A stretch of DNA of 64,000 nucleotides from the human T2T-CHM13v2.0 reference genome, Homo sapiens. A model generated the notes under the pieces. It was not told the DNA's origin, did not search any database, and saw nothing but the letters and a program-made list of their open reading frames with translations. The DNA is taken from the NCBI RefSeq assembly GCF_009914755.1, contig NC_060938.1. One strand, written 5' to 3'. This document shows, piece after piece, positions 12,006-26,282 of the stretch; the first letter of the stretch is position 1, and every line of letters begins with the position of its first letter. The translations under genes were made by a program, and so were the position numbers.

Positions 12006-13884
12006 CTGAAAAAGCGACAGGAAGGAGCCGGCGTTAGAACCTCAATGCAGGGACCACACTGCCGCCACCTGACACCAGGGGGCAGCATCACCCCAGGCAC
12101 ACAACACGTGGCCCCCGGCTCTGCAGAGCCCTGGGCTCCAGCAAGCTGGGCACCAGCCCTGGGCACGGATGTGTGCCCCATCAGGGCTCCGGTTCACCTT
12201 CTCCTCCCACATAAAAGTAACCGATGTAATGAGCTGACCTCTGCTACCATCTCACAGCATCACATCTGGTTTTCCCTGAGGCCCTGTTCCCAAAGTGTGC
12301 TGTCACTATACAGGGAAGTAGGGGAAAAGGGCTCGGTGGGACAGCTAAACACCTGAATATCACGGCCAGAGAGGGCCCACATCAAAGCAGCCTCTTGGTG
12401 TTATTTAGGCCAGTGCTCCCAGCCCACGGGACTCTCTTTTGGGGAACATGCTAGAGACATAGGGACAGGCTGGCACCGGCACGTGAGCACTTAAAATACA
12501 AAGGGTTCTGGTGGTTCTTAGCGACTTAGGGAAAAAAATAGGAAATCAGAGAATGTAGGCTTCCACAGGATCCGTCCAAGAAAGCACACAGCACAATTTC
12601 TCTTTGGCAACGGAAGCTGGCACAGAGAGTCTGAAATACCCTCACCCCACACGTCTGGCTCCCGCCTGCCTCCCACAACACCCGGCCCGTACAGGCCCAC
12701 TGGGGACCCGCAGAGGCAGACCAGTCCAAAGAATACTGAAAGTGCAAGTAGATCCCACAGGAGAAATGTCTTTGGGGAGTAAGCCAAAGTCACTTGGGGA
12801 AAATGTCAGGTCGGTTGGTCAGAAACACGCTTGTAGGCACTGGGAAGCATTGGCACGCAAATGCAAGAATTGCAGAACCATGAGCCTCAGGCCGAGTTCT
12901 GGAAAAGGCTGTCTGTCACCATCCCACGACTTCCCCCAAGGCTGGCACGGGACCGTCCTGGGCCGCCAGCCCCAGCAGCCCCTCCTTGAGTCCTTGCAGG
13001 GTGAGGCATTGTGGCTCCCACCCCCAGGATGCAATGCACACCCCTGGCACCCAGGCGCCTATGTGCGAGGACAGGAGGGCACTGGCTGAGGGCCGCTGCG
13101 TGCTGGGGGCCATGCCAATGGGGCACCTGATCTGGCTGCCAACGACCCATCAGCTCCAGGACTTCACAGCGCCGCAACAATTATGCATGAGGGAGTGATT
13201 CGGGCGGAAGCCAAGCAGGCAGGCGCTGAGATGTACCCGGCGTCCCTCCCGCTAGCGGGGCACAGAGGCCCCTGGCTGCCCTGGTGTGCCCGACAGTCCT
13301 CCTGCTGCTCTGACCAGAGCCAGTCCAGACGGGGGCCATGAAATATGGTCCTGGGGAGGAGCCTGGGGAAAATAAACACCCCGCAGGACATGTGTCATGT
13401 GGCCCCCAGGATCTCTACTCCCAAGGCACCGACAGCCAAGAAGAGGGAGTCTGTGGGGATGGCATAAGCCCTGTGGGCTTGCGGCTGGAACAGCTCGAGC
13501 AGCTGGGAGGGGAACGCTGCCCACCTTCTCATCCTGTAGCCCAGCCTGGCTCAGCCCCCTGAGCTCAGGGCACCTTCCCACCTATTTCCCTGTAGATCCT
13601 GAATAGCAGTTGCCGAATGGCGGAGAAGGCCCAGGGGGAGGAAGGGCCACCAAGCGCAGGTAGACACAGCAAAGATCAGGGAGGTTGGGAAGTCTGCAGG
13701 AGCCGCAAGGAGAACACGTGGGTGCTGAGTGGGTGCCAGGAAGGGCCAGAGCTGGGTACTCAGAGGGGCCGGCCAGTGTCTGCTCACCTGGACAGATCAT
13801 GCAACACAACAGTTTCTCCTGGCAGGAAGAGCTGGAGTCCAGGACATTTCAAAAGGGGCTCTTTTCTCCTCCTGGCTAATTCTG

Positions 13885-14186
<302 letters not shown>

Positions 14187-14949
14187 CTTCTGGCTAATTC
14201 TGACCTGGGAGCTCTGGCCAGAAGACCCTTTTGGCAGGGCAGTGAGAGATGGTCTGGGCTCAGTTCCTCTCTATGTGCGGTCTGAACAGGGGTCGGAGGG
14301 AGTAGGAGCAGCCTCCTGTGGCTGCCAGTCACCCAAGAGATGATGGAAAGCTGAGGCAAGTGAGAAGGCATCAGGGAAAGAAACCTGGTGGCCAGCTCCA
14401 AGAGAGTCGGTTCCTCTAACACACCAGACCAGGGCGTTGCTCCCAGCATGTATCAGCAAGCCCTCACTCACGACAGCACCCTGGATTTTGGGTGCCCCAT
14501 GCAGTCTGTTCCTGGACTAGCCCAATAGCACCAGTGGAGAACTACCACCAACGTTCTACAGGGAGGGAGGGCAATGAAAGGAAGAATGTGTGTGTTTTCT
14601 TCTCAACTTATGGATTTAAAAAATAGGTTTAAAAGAAGAATAAATGATAAGATTAGCCCCCAAACATCCCAGCAACTCAGCCGTACAGCCACGAGCTGGG
14701 CCACACTGCTTTTAGCCTTATTTCCTTCATCTCCTCTCTCTCTCTTGGGAGGCGAAGGGGATGGGGAGAATGTGTCCTAATGCTACAGATGGTGACCCAA
14801 GTCATCTTCCAGTTGCCATGAGTATCATCTCTGCAGAGGGAAATCCTGAGCTGCCCTTTCCAAGTGGCTCCCCTCACCCAGTGGTATCCCAGGACATATT
14901 CTCTTCCCCTCAGAACCCCTTATCTCAGGCCACAGTTGACCCTTTTCTT

Positions 14950-15085
14950 ATTTCTCTCCTTGTGTGCAGTTTCTCCCACCAGAATACAAGCTCATGAGGG
15001 CAGGAAGCTGGGTGCCTGCCTAGTCCCTGACTGGATCCCCAGCAGCTCACGCAGGGCTGGGCACATGGTAGGTTTGATAAATGCT
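14950..15085 (+). mobile_element. L2 3' end fragment
   Basis: tacaagctcatgagggcagg...gggctgggcacatggtaggtttgataaatgct resembles the L2 terminus. Confidence 0.6.
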
Positions 15086-15114
15086 GTATCACTGACTATT
15101 AAGAGGCTCTGGAG

Positions 15115-15308
15115 AGGAGCTCAGCAGACTATAGGCTGTAAGCCCGGCCACCTGCACTTGTAAATAAAGTTTCATTTGAACACAGCCGTGCCACTCATTT
15201 ACATATCTACAGCTGCTTTTGCACTACAACGGCAGCATTAAATAATTGGGATGGAGCTGGAAATGTTTATAATTTGGCCTTTTGCAAAAAAAAGTTTGCT
15301 GCCTCCCG
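15115..15308. mobile_element. MER58A-like hAT-Charlie DNA transposon (MITE)
   Basis: gtaaataaagtttcatttgaacacagcc...ctacaacggcag...tggccttttgcaaaaaaaagtttgctg matches the MER58A consensus as I recall it. Confidence 0.75.
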
Positions 15309-16031
15309 CTCTACATGGTGAGAGGTACCACTCATGCATGCCTAAGAGAAACAAGGCTCAAGCTGGAGAGAATAATGGAGGGAACCTGCATAAAGCTGGG
15401 AGCCTGCGCTGCGTCCTCAGGGTAAAGACGAGCAAGAAATAAACCCACTCTATAGAAAGGGAGAGCAAAGGAACCCGCTAATCTCTACCCTGGCACAGGG
15501 TGGAGGGAGGGAAACAGTCTCTCTGTGAATGCGAACCACAGGCAGAGAACACAAAATGTTCCTGGTGGATGGCACAAGCCACAACCTGACTTCAGCTCCA
15601 GCCAAAGCCTCTGCATGGATGCCACTGGCTATAAGGCACACTTGATTTGAGATGTCAACACGTAAAAAACAAAAGTGCAGCTGACAGGCAAAGGAGACTG
15701 GCAGTTGTCGAGTGAAGACTCATGTCCCTGTCTCTATCCCAGGTCCAGAAAAATCCCACTCAAGGAACCCCCATCCCTGCGTGGCCACGGGAAGTTGGGG
15801 GACATGTCATTGGGCAAAGGAAATTGGAAAGCTGGGGTGAGGGCCGGAAAGAGGCCAGAGTCCCAAACCCCCTTTCCAACTGGTCCAGCTTAAAAGGCTG
15901 CTGTTGCATTACACTTCTTATCCAGAAAGAGAACATACACGTAGAAACCAGAGGACCCACGTTAGCTCCCTGGCACAGTGCCCTAGAGATGGGGACACAG
16001 AATCAGCTTTGGGGATGGAGAGACACACTAA

Positions 16032-16422
<391 letters not shown>

Positions 16423-18192
16423 TCCTGGTATGCATTTTATGGCAAACTGGCAACCTAGAAATAGCCACACAAGAAGACACACAGGCAAGGAGTCCTCGTC
16501 CTCACAGATACAGGATAGGAGCCCACACTCTGCTGTTAATGGTTCCCAGCGTCGAGACGGAAACTGGCCCAGCATTTTGCAACCAGAAGGAAAAAGGAGA
16601 AAACAGAAAAACCCAACCACAGTGGATAAGAAAGGAGATCTGACAGTAAATTTCTTTTAGAGATGGAGTGACCTGGGTAAAAACAGAAAGGAGTTGATAT
16701 AAAATATAACTCCTCTTAATTTAATATATTTTCCATAGACTTAAAGCATTATTATTTTCTTAAATCAGGGAATAAACAGCATTTTAAAAAATGTCAGCCT
16801 CTTCCAGCCCATAACTTGGAGGAATATCTCTTGGTGGTATATAGCCACATATAAAAATATGCTTCCAGCATTTGGCTCCCACCCAGTGGGCAGGGGCTGG
16901 GACCATGATGTCCCAAACCCTGAAAATACAGCCTTGAGTCTGGGAGCCACACGCCCAGCTAGGAAGGCCACCTGCCCTCGGAGGAAAATGAACACCTGCA
17001 CGTTTCCAAAGTATCCACGCTCTGCATGTGTCCATGGAAAGAGAAGAGGCATCTAGGGGAAGAAGGGCTGAGAGGGCAACCGCAGCACTGCAGCCCCTCC
17101 ATGCCGGGCGGCACACCAGCCAGGAGATGTGGATGGCCACAGGCAGTCCCCGGAGGAGGGATGCCAAGAGGACACATCTGTTTGCTCAGCTGGAGGTAAA
17201 ACAGCCGGCGTCTGAACGCTTCTGATGATGTGGGTTCCCCTTGCTGAAAGAAATGTGCAGCTGATTTGAACAAGCCACAGCGGGGCAGTGAGTGTTCTCC
17301 AAAGGGTCCTCCTGGAAAGCTACTTATCCCAAGACACTGCCACTGTTCCAAAGGTTTCCAGAACGTGCCTTAGAGATGCCTTCAGAAGCCACTAGAACAT
17401 CCTTTCGAGCAGCTCCACTGCCAGCAAATCTTTAACTCAGTGTCCGTTTTTAAAATGGCTGAGGCTGGAGAGGGCGGTGAGCAGCTGGCGGAAGGAAGGC
17501 CCCTCAGCGCAGTGGGGTCCACAGGCTGCTCCCTGGGAGGCTGCTTCTCAGGCCCAGCGACAACAGCATCATGCAGAGAACGCCCTATGTGACACCCACG
17601 GGACTCCTAGACCACCGTCCACTGACTCAAAACACGCTCACTGGCACGGTAGGAGTCCTGCACCTAAGAAGACCTGTAACCCGGCAGCTGCTGCTTCTCA
17701 CAGTCTGATTTACCCTGGCAGCTATGCAGGTAGCAGCAGGCAACTCTGTCTCAGGCTCCCCAGGGGAAAATGAGACCCAAGGTAAAGATGGCTCAGCGGG
17801 AGACAGCAGGCAGCACCTGCCCTGGCTTCCCTGGAAGGCCAATCCACGCCATGCTGGCCACACCTGTCCCAGCGTGTTCCTCCATGAATATCATTATTGT
17901 GTGGGTCCCCCAGAAGCATGCTGGGGACAGAACACTTCTGGATGCATCCTGGAGTCTACGGTGGTTCAGGTGGGTGGGGCCCCCTACAATGACCCAGGGA
18001 ATAGGGACATTTTACTAGTTCCCCAAGACCTCTTTATCCACCGTACACAACTGTTTCCACCTTTAGAGCACCTCTCCATCCCACCAAGAACACAGGGTGG
18101 TTGGGGCAGTGCCGAAGGACAGACAGCTGCTGCCACATCCCAGCTGGGCCCCTGAGTCTTGCTCAGCCCAAGATGGTGAGAAGAGCAGTTAC

Positions 18193-18358
18193 CTGATGTG
18201 CCTGCGGAGAAGTTCTTGAGTGAGGGCCTCTGGACCACGGTGTAGGACTCGCCAACCACGAACACCTTGTACAGGACGGCGTTGTGGTTGATGAAATTCT
18301 GGACCACGCAGGGTGGCTGGATGGCGTTCAGGCCCTCCTGGTTGAACACGATAGCCAT
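18193..18358 (-). CDS. ITPK1: ITPK1 exon 8: MAIVFNQEGLNAIQPPCVVQNFINHNAVLYKVFVVGESYTVVQRPSLKNFSAGTS(D)
   Basis: Acceptor TTGTCTTCCCAG|ATG, donor CAG|GTAACT, 166 nt. Contains the QNFINH/YKVFVVG/RPSL motifs typical of ITPK-family kinases. Confidence 0.97.
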
Positions 18359-21300
18359 CTGGGAAGACAAGGGGTCAAAAGCTCTGTCAGAATCCACCAC
18401 CTTCTCAGCCTCCAACACACAGGTGTGTCACCTGTCCAGAGCACCTCCACCAAGGCCCATCCCTGGTCCTGTGGCATGAGGACTCCCCTAGAGGAGCCTT
18501 GAGCCAGGGTGAGTGGAGTGGGACTTGTGAAGAACACCTGGGGATGCATCCCTTCTGCCACGGGGTTGGAGATCCTCCCTTCACCGGGCCTGCCATGTGA
18601 GATCGAGCTGGCTGTGCACTGCACAACTTCTGAGAGCGTGACACCACTTGTCGCACTGTGGTCCAGGGAAGGGGGCCGCTGAGGTTGTGTGCTGCTCAAC
18701 CCTCTGACATCCTAAAGGATCCTCCACAAAGACCCGGGAGGAGGAAGGAAGCAGATGACTCGGGCGCAGGAGTCAGGAGGCCTTGGGTCAAAGCCTGTCT
18801 GATGACAACGGCTGCCTCTTGTCAAGCAGTTGTGACAAGCCGGGCCCTGTTCTGAGCACGTACACCAGTTACCTAGTGTCTCCCTCACAATGCACATCTG
18901 AGGTGAGCATACAACCTTTCACAGATGAGGACGATGAGGCGCTGAGAGGTTCAGTGACTGCTGGACAGTGAGTGAGCCCGGGATGGAACTGGGTCTGCAC
19001 AGCACCCAGCCGCGCCCCTACACACGGAGCCATGTGATACTCCGCAAACAACAGGCCTTTGTGCTCCTGGTCCCCGACTCCTCTGGGGAAAAAGGTCCCT
19101 GACAGGAGGATCTGGTAGGGGCTGGGGTAGGGAGTGCAGGGGGGCAGCTGCCAAAACCCTCTCAGCCCCGGCCAGCACGGGCTCTGCACAGGGTCTGCTC
19201 TAAGGACAGAGGGGTGGGCCCTAGGCCTAGCCGATCCAGCTGCTGGTGCCAGGGTCATGGCTAATCCCTCAGCCCGCAGGGCCCCAGGAAGGAGCCACCA
19301 GACGGCTGGGGCTGCTGAGCAGGGATAATGGGCCCCGGAGAGCTGGCTGCCTCCCCAGCTGCCACCCCTTGTGTCAGCTGTCACGGAGCGCCGGCCCTAC
19401 GTGCCTGGAGCTCAGCTGGGCAGGACAGACGTGGAAATCCAGGCCACATGGGAAAAACAAAAAGTGTGTGTCTGTGCTGGGGGCGTTGGGGGGCAGTGAA
19501 CATCTCCTCAGCCTTCTGACAAGAATAAAGGACAGGAAAAACACGAGCAGCTCTGGAGTCAGGCAGGGGCTGGAATGCCTGCTGAGCACTTGCTGTGTGA
19601 GCCGAGGCTGGGCCCCCACCCTGCTTAAGCGCCACTGTCTTCCTCTGCAAAATCATGGGTGGCTTCAGGGATGCTTTGAGCTTTTGGCTAAGTTATAGCT
19701 TAAAAAAAAAAAAAGATTCCACTGTGGAGCAAATGAGTACCCTCACACTGGCTCAAAAACAAAACAAAAACCCAAATAAAAGAGTTCTGAGAACATAAAA
19801 TGAAGACAGAGTGGTTTAGCAGAAATGGTCCTGGTTTTGGTTGAGTCTCGGGCTGGGAGATTCAGAGGCCGGGAGTGCGCGGGCTGGGATGCAGACGAGG
19901 ACTCCCGATCAGAAGCACCTGCTGCCCTATCTAAAGCCAGCCATGCACAGTGCTATTTTCTGCCCCTGCTGTACTTGGCTTCCCCGGGTACCCCTGGAAT
20001 CTGTGAGAAGCTTGTCCCCCAACCTCTGCCGATCTGGTGGACAGTGTCCACCCCAGAGGGCACGTCCCTGCAATGCTAACATGCCCCGTCTGCACAGAGA
20101 GTCCGCTGGGGTCTCTGAGTACATGGGACGTGGTGGCACACCTTGCCGGCAGTGGACCCAGACAGCCGGCTGGGGAGTAGAGGGAGGGGCACCTGTACAA
20201 ACATCCTGGAGCCAGGCGGCTAGAATGAGGAGTGATTTATAGCTTCCCCTGAGCGTGCTGACCCCATACTTGAGGGCTGAGAGTCCCGAGGCCCATCAGG
20301 GGCATCCTGAGAGGGGTGCACCTGGATCCAGAACCCCCATCCCCTTCAGCAAGTACCGGGCAAGTACCAGGGCAGCTGGTTCCGGCAGCTCATCCAACAG
20401 TCCACCCAGGCAACCCTGGCAGTGACCCCTCATCCTTCACAGAAGCCGCTAACGTCTCCAGTCACAAATGTGATACTCTGGGTGGCTGGGTAATTTGCCA
20501 AAGTCGCACAAATGGCAACACACGGCACCAGAATCAGTCCCAGGTCTCTGGGATTCCACAGCCCCGGCCCTCAGGCCTTGAGTGACTCGCAGAAGTGGCT
20601 CCCTCCTCCCGGGCTGCCAGGTTCTGAGTTAGGCGGATCTACTCACGTTAATAACTACGCTCGTGCTTCCATCTGGGAACACCCAAGCAACTCACACACA
20701 GAGGAACCACTGGGTGGTTAAAGGGGCTGGTGGAAGGCGGGCAGGCAGATACTGGGGCTGAGGGGGGCCTGGGGACCAACGCTGCTGCTCTCGAGCCTTC
20801 CTGCTCCCTCCCTGGCCTGGTACATCCTGGAGGGTGCTGCCAGCACCAGGCACAGAGCCCAGGTAGGCTGCGGCAGGAGGGCCAACACCCACAGGAAGAC
20901 TACGTGAGGGCTCCTGATTTCAGACAACTGACAACGGGACGGCGGGCTGTCTCCACACTCCTTCCCATCACAGCATGTGCTGCGCTACGCTGACACTGTC
21001 TGCTGATACTTCCCCGGAAGTGCAGGCCAGGGATAAAGAGCAGTACATAACCCAGGAAAGGCCCATGCTGCTGCATCTTCCCCTTTTAGTCGTGAGCTCT
21101 GGGGAGCATTTCTGTTGGTGGGGCTTTCCAAGGACAAGCCTTCCCCAGAGAGCCCACTCCGGTCAGATGCCTGTTGCCCAGCATACCCCAACATGTGCCC
21201 ACTGGGGAGACCCCAGGCAGTGCTGTGTCCAGGGCAAAGACAAGGCCCCAGGTGTGGCTCCTGAGGGTGGTACGGGCCCTGGCCCCAGCGAAGCCCCTGC

Positions 21301-21709
21301 ATGACCATCCACTCCTCTAGCCCCTGGAGTCCTCACAGGCTCCTTGGCTCTCTCTAGGGACAGGACTCACATCCTATGCATCTGTCTCCTGGTCTCCATG
21401 GTCCTCAAGGTGGCCGGGAACATCATAGAGTGAATAAAAGAATGAATGGGCGGGTGGGTGACTCATGATTCAAAGCATTCCACAGGGTTGATTCTAAGCA
21501 GCCCTCTTTTCCTCCCTGGCCCGTCTCAATTCAGCAGCATGGCAGACCCCTGTGGCAGTGACAGAGCCTTGTCAGAGCTAACAGCCCTCATGTGGGCCCA
21601 GCCCGGTGCCTGCCACAAAACAGGCCCTCGAAGAGATGACACTGATGGCCCAAAGGATAGCCAGCCCTGCAGGGCGGGCCGGACTGAGGCATGACTCGCA
21701 CAAGCTCCC

Positions 21710-22073
21710 CTATGGACTGAACGTGTGCCCCAGAATTCCTACGCTGAAGCCCATGCCCCACTGTGGTGGTATCTGGAGGTGGGGCCTTTGGGAGGTCTTG
21801 AGGGCAGGGCCCTCAAGATGGGATTAGTGCCCCTATCAGAAGAAATCAGAGAGCTTGCTCTTGCTTTCTGCCCCTCCCCATTCACACACACAAGAGGCCG
21901 TGTGAGGACACAGTGAGAAGGTGGCCATTTGCAAGGTAGGAAGAGAGCCCTCACCAGAAACTGACCCTGCTGGCACCTTGACCTGGGACTTTTAGCCTCC
22001 GGGGCTGTGAGAAAATAAATGTGGCGAAGCCACCCAGTGCCTGGGGTTTGTTATGGCTGCCACAGCTACGACA
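21710..22073 (+). mobile_element. MLT1A-type MaLR solo LTR
   Basis: tatggactgaacgtgtgcccc...ggtggggcctttgggagg...gatgggattagtgccc...gagccctcaccagaa...gtgagaaaataaat. Confidence 0.8.
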
Positions 22074-22346
22074 GGCTCCACAGAGGACAGGTGGGTCCCC
22101 AGCACATCCTCCTGCCTTAGGGACAGGACAGGCATTGAGGTGAGGTTGCAGACAGTGCATGAAGCCACAGCACTCCCGCTCGATTCCTCTGGAGTCCAGG
22201 GAAGGGAAGGAGGCTATCTACCAAGGAGCCAGGACTAACAGCAGGGCAGGAGCAGTGGCAGTGAGGAATCCGGCAGGGTAGCAGTGAGACACGATGAGCT
22301 GAAAGGATGGGGGTCAGGGACAACAGTCAGATCTTCTTCCACTCAC

Positions 22347-22387
22347 CTCGTGAGAGTTGGTGCCATGAGCCACTCTGGTTTTGCAAA
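22347..22387 (-). CDS. ITPK1: ITPK1 exon 7: (I)CKTRVAHGTNSHE
   Basis: 41 nt. Branch-like CACTAAT, a long pyrimidine tract and CCATAG acceptor; donor GAG|GTGAGT. Includes K157 and H162. Confidence 0.96.
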
Positions 22388-22742
22388 CTATGGGTTGGGG
22401 AGAGAAAAGCAGAGAGAAATTAGTGAGGCCGTTCACCCACAAGGCAGGTACTTGGCACGTCTAGAAAGGAACTCTAGCTGAGACACAGACTCTGGACACC
22501 TGGTATCTGCACTGAGGGTGACGTGTGGGTAGACACCCCCAGGCCAGGCAGGAGAGCACGTTGACCTGTGTCCCCTACCAGGACCCGTTTCTATGGTGTG
22601 GGTGGAGGTGGGACCCAGGGCCATGTGCTCATCCATCCTCGGGTGAGCTTAAATCCAGAGGGCACTATAAACCCAGCCCCTCCCCTATGCTGGCCTGCGG
22701 TCTACAGCGCCTGCCCTCAGGTGGAGCTGGGATGGTACGCAC

Positions 22743-22841
22743 TGAATGGGAAAGTCAAGCCGTTCTTCTCCAGCAGCCGCATGGTGTCATCCCCGCACAG
22801 GCTCGTGAGCTCCATGAAGGGTGGCGAGCAGATCCTGTCGT
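22743..22841 (-). CDS. ITPK1: ITPK1 exon 6: (D)DRICSPPFMELTSLCGDDTMRLLEKNGLTFPF(I)
   Basis: Acceptor CCCTTCTGCCCTAG|AC, donor TCA|GTGCGT, 99 nt, phase 1-1. Confidence 0.96.
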
Positions 22842-25691
22842 CTAGGGCAGAAGGGAGGCCTGGTCAGCACAGCTCCTGGGCAGCCGCCCCAGGTGCACGT
22901 CCTGTGACAGCCCGCCCCACCCCAGGGGCCTTCAGTGCCCCCACGCTCCTGGATCTGACCGTCCCCAACCTCTGCAGTCCCATGTGCTCGTGTGTGTGAA
23001 CAATAACCACAGCCCTGCCGTTACATTGTCTAATAACATTTCTGTAATTACAAAACTCGTGTATGATCACTGTGTAAAATCCGAAGAGTACAGAAAAGTA
23101 AAAAATGTACATATTGACAAGACATTACAACTACTACCCCACCACTGTGGACTTTTACCCACGCGTACATTTACACGCAGAGAGCTGTACAAATTTTGTA
23201 ACCTGAATCCTAACTTCATAAGCCATGACCATTTTTTCTGGTTCAATAAAGACTTTCCCACCATGTGATACACTGGCTTAATAATAATCGCAGTGACAAT
23301 ATAGCTCTTAGCATGCGTCTGGCGCTGTACCGAGGGCTTTGCCGGCATCACCTCCACAGTTTGCAAAATAATCCCATGAGGAGGAAACTGGGGTCAGAGA
23401 GATTAAAGAACTAGCTGGTGGTGACACAACTGTTTCCACATGGACACTGCCTGACCCCTCACCTGCAGACTACTTAACATAATTGAGGGCATTGTGTGGA
23501 GCTCCAGAGGTGGCCTCCCCACCACGCTCACTGCATCTCTGCTGCATGCTCCAGCCCAGGCCGCGCCTGGTCCCCCTGCCAATTCCTCCTCGCCCTTCAC
23601 AGCTTGGCATTCCTGGGCCCCTCTCCAGGCCCACCCAGTGGATTCTAAGAGTGAGTCCAACTTCCTAAAACCCTCAAAAGCTGACCTGTTCTGTTCATCC
23701 TGACTCGTGCCTGGCACCGAGCAGGGGTAAACTGATTTTTTGTGGGATAACAAAATGTATTTGGAATCTCTCTGCTGATGATGAAATTACTGGTTTGTTA
23801 TTATTGTTTCTTGTCATTGTCCCCCTTCCCTGATAAGACCACAAAGGTGGGACCACCCTGTACTTCAGGGCACAGGGGCCAGGAAAGGCTGAGTGTGAGC
23901 GGGGCGGGGGCGGTCTGCCACCCACAGGCTTGGAAACCAAACCAAAAGTAAACAGAGCAAAGCAGACTGTCTCGAGCTGCTAGCTACTTGGCTGGCTAGG
24001 AGGTCAGGACATTAAATCAAGGTAGATCCAGCCTCATTTATGTCATAAAAACAAATGCCAAGAATTACACAGGGCATATAAAATTGCTTTTATCTCCCTC
24101 CTCATCCTCATTCCCCCGTTCCCCGACTCCTACCCTCACAGTCTAAACTCCAAACAGAAAGATTTGGGGGGTTGCAGTTTCTCTGGGGCACTGGGAGGGT
24201 GGTCTGGAGCCAGTGTTTCCTGAGCCCCTGGCAGACAGTGTTGCAGGCCCTCTGCACAGAGGCCTGTTCAATCCCAAGCGGTCCCTGACAGTGTCCAGAA
24301 ACAGGCCCCAAGGTCATACAGTGGTCAACGGCAGAGCCAGGACAAGGAGCCAGGCTCACCTGGCAGCACAGGAGAGGGGAAGTCAGGAAAGTCAGGGTGG
24401 GGAGGGAGGGGAGCTGGTGCTCAGCTGAAAGCCATTTTCCAAACAAGGCCCCAGGCAGGGCGGGAATGCTGTGAGGGCTGGCAGGCCCTCCATGGCTGTC
24501 AAGGGAGGAAGCAGTCTGAGCAAAAGCCTCCTCGCTGCAAACACACCGCCCCTGCAACCCAGTCCCAAAGGATATGGTGCTCAGGCCTGAATTTAAACTG
24601 GAGGGTTCTGCCATAGGCAGGCTTCGGACGGGCGCTCACCAGCCTGGGCTCCACCCTTGGCCCCTCCTCCCACAGGAAGATTTGGAGGCTGCTGGGGTCA
24701 AACAGGCCACCTCCTGGAAGAGCTTCCAGACTCCCTGTGGCCCCCCGGAGTTTTTAGAGCAGGTGAATCAGCTTGGCTTTCAGATTTCAATGCCCTCCTC
24801 AACTGTCCCTCCCCACCCTGGCCCATCCAAGCTTTTACATAATGTCACTAGTGGCCAGTAGCCAATGTCTCAAAACACTGCATGTGTTCCATGCCAGAAA
24901 CTGTTCAACGTAGTTACACAGTAACTCATTTACCCTCATAAGAACCCCACAAGGAAGCACTCCTGTCCCCTGAGAATTTTACAGATGAGGAAACTAGGGC
25001 ACAGAGGTGGCATTTCCCTGCATAGAGTTCCATGGTGAGCCAGTGGTACAGCCAGGAGGTCATACCCAGACCATCTGACTCCCAGGCCCCTGCTGTTGAC
25101 TACAGCCTCCCTCGCAGAAAAAGTGCCCATGGAGCTCCCTGGCTCAGGGGGTTCCTGACAGCATGCTACTCTGCTCTGTGGCAAACCTCATAACAATAGC
25201 AGTGTCAACACACAGAATCAACCAAGGCAATACACCATATCAATAGAGGACAAAAACCACATGATCATCTCAATGGATGCAGAAAAAGCATTTGAAAAAA
25301 TCTAAAACCCTTTCATGGCAAGAACACTCCACAAACTAGGAAAATAAGGGAGCTTCTTCAACCTTCTAGAAAAACCCAGACTCCCCAGTGAAAGACTAGA
25401 CACTTCCCCTAAGACCAGGAACAAGATAAGGAGGTCTGCTCTTGCCACTTCTATTTAACACTGTACTGGAGGTTCTAGCCACGGCCATTAGGCAAGAAAA
25501 ATGAAACAGCATACAGAGTGGAAGGGAAGAAGTGAAACCATCTCTACTTGCAGATAATAGGATCTTATACATAGAAAATCCCAAGGAATGCACATATTTA
25601 AAAAACCTCCAAAACTATTAGAGCTAATAAATGAGTTTAGCAAGGTTGCAGGATACAAGATCAATATATGATAAGCAACTGTACTTTTTTA

Positions 25692-26009
<318 letters not shown>

Positions 26010-26020
26010 TTATGTATGTG

Positions 26021-26282
26021 TATTTTAGACAGGGTCTCACTCAGTTGCCTAAGCTAGAGTGCAGTGGCACGATCACAGCTCACTGTAGCCTCAAACTCCC
26101 AGGCTCAAGGGATCTTCCCCGCTCAGCCTTCTGAGTAACTGCACCACCATACCCAACTAATTGGTAGAGATGGGGTCTCACTATGTTGCCCAGACTTGTC
26201 TCAAACTCCTTGGCTCAAGTGATTGTCCCGCCTCAGCCTCCCAAAGTGCTGGAATTACAGGTGTGAGCTACCATGCCTGGCC
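26021..26282 (-). mobile_element. AluJ SINE (its T-tail is displaced to about 25685-25698)
   Basis: J-type body. Outer TSD caactgta at about 25677 and 26284. Confidence 0.88.

Noticed and set aside
17984-18418. 144-aa ORF extending exon 8 on both sides
   Set aside because: GTG start, and only the spliced 166 nt is ITPK1-like; the flanks are open by chance.
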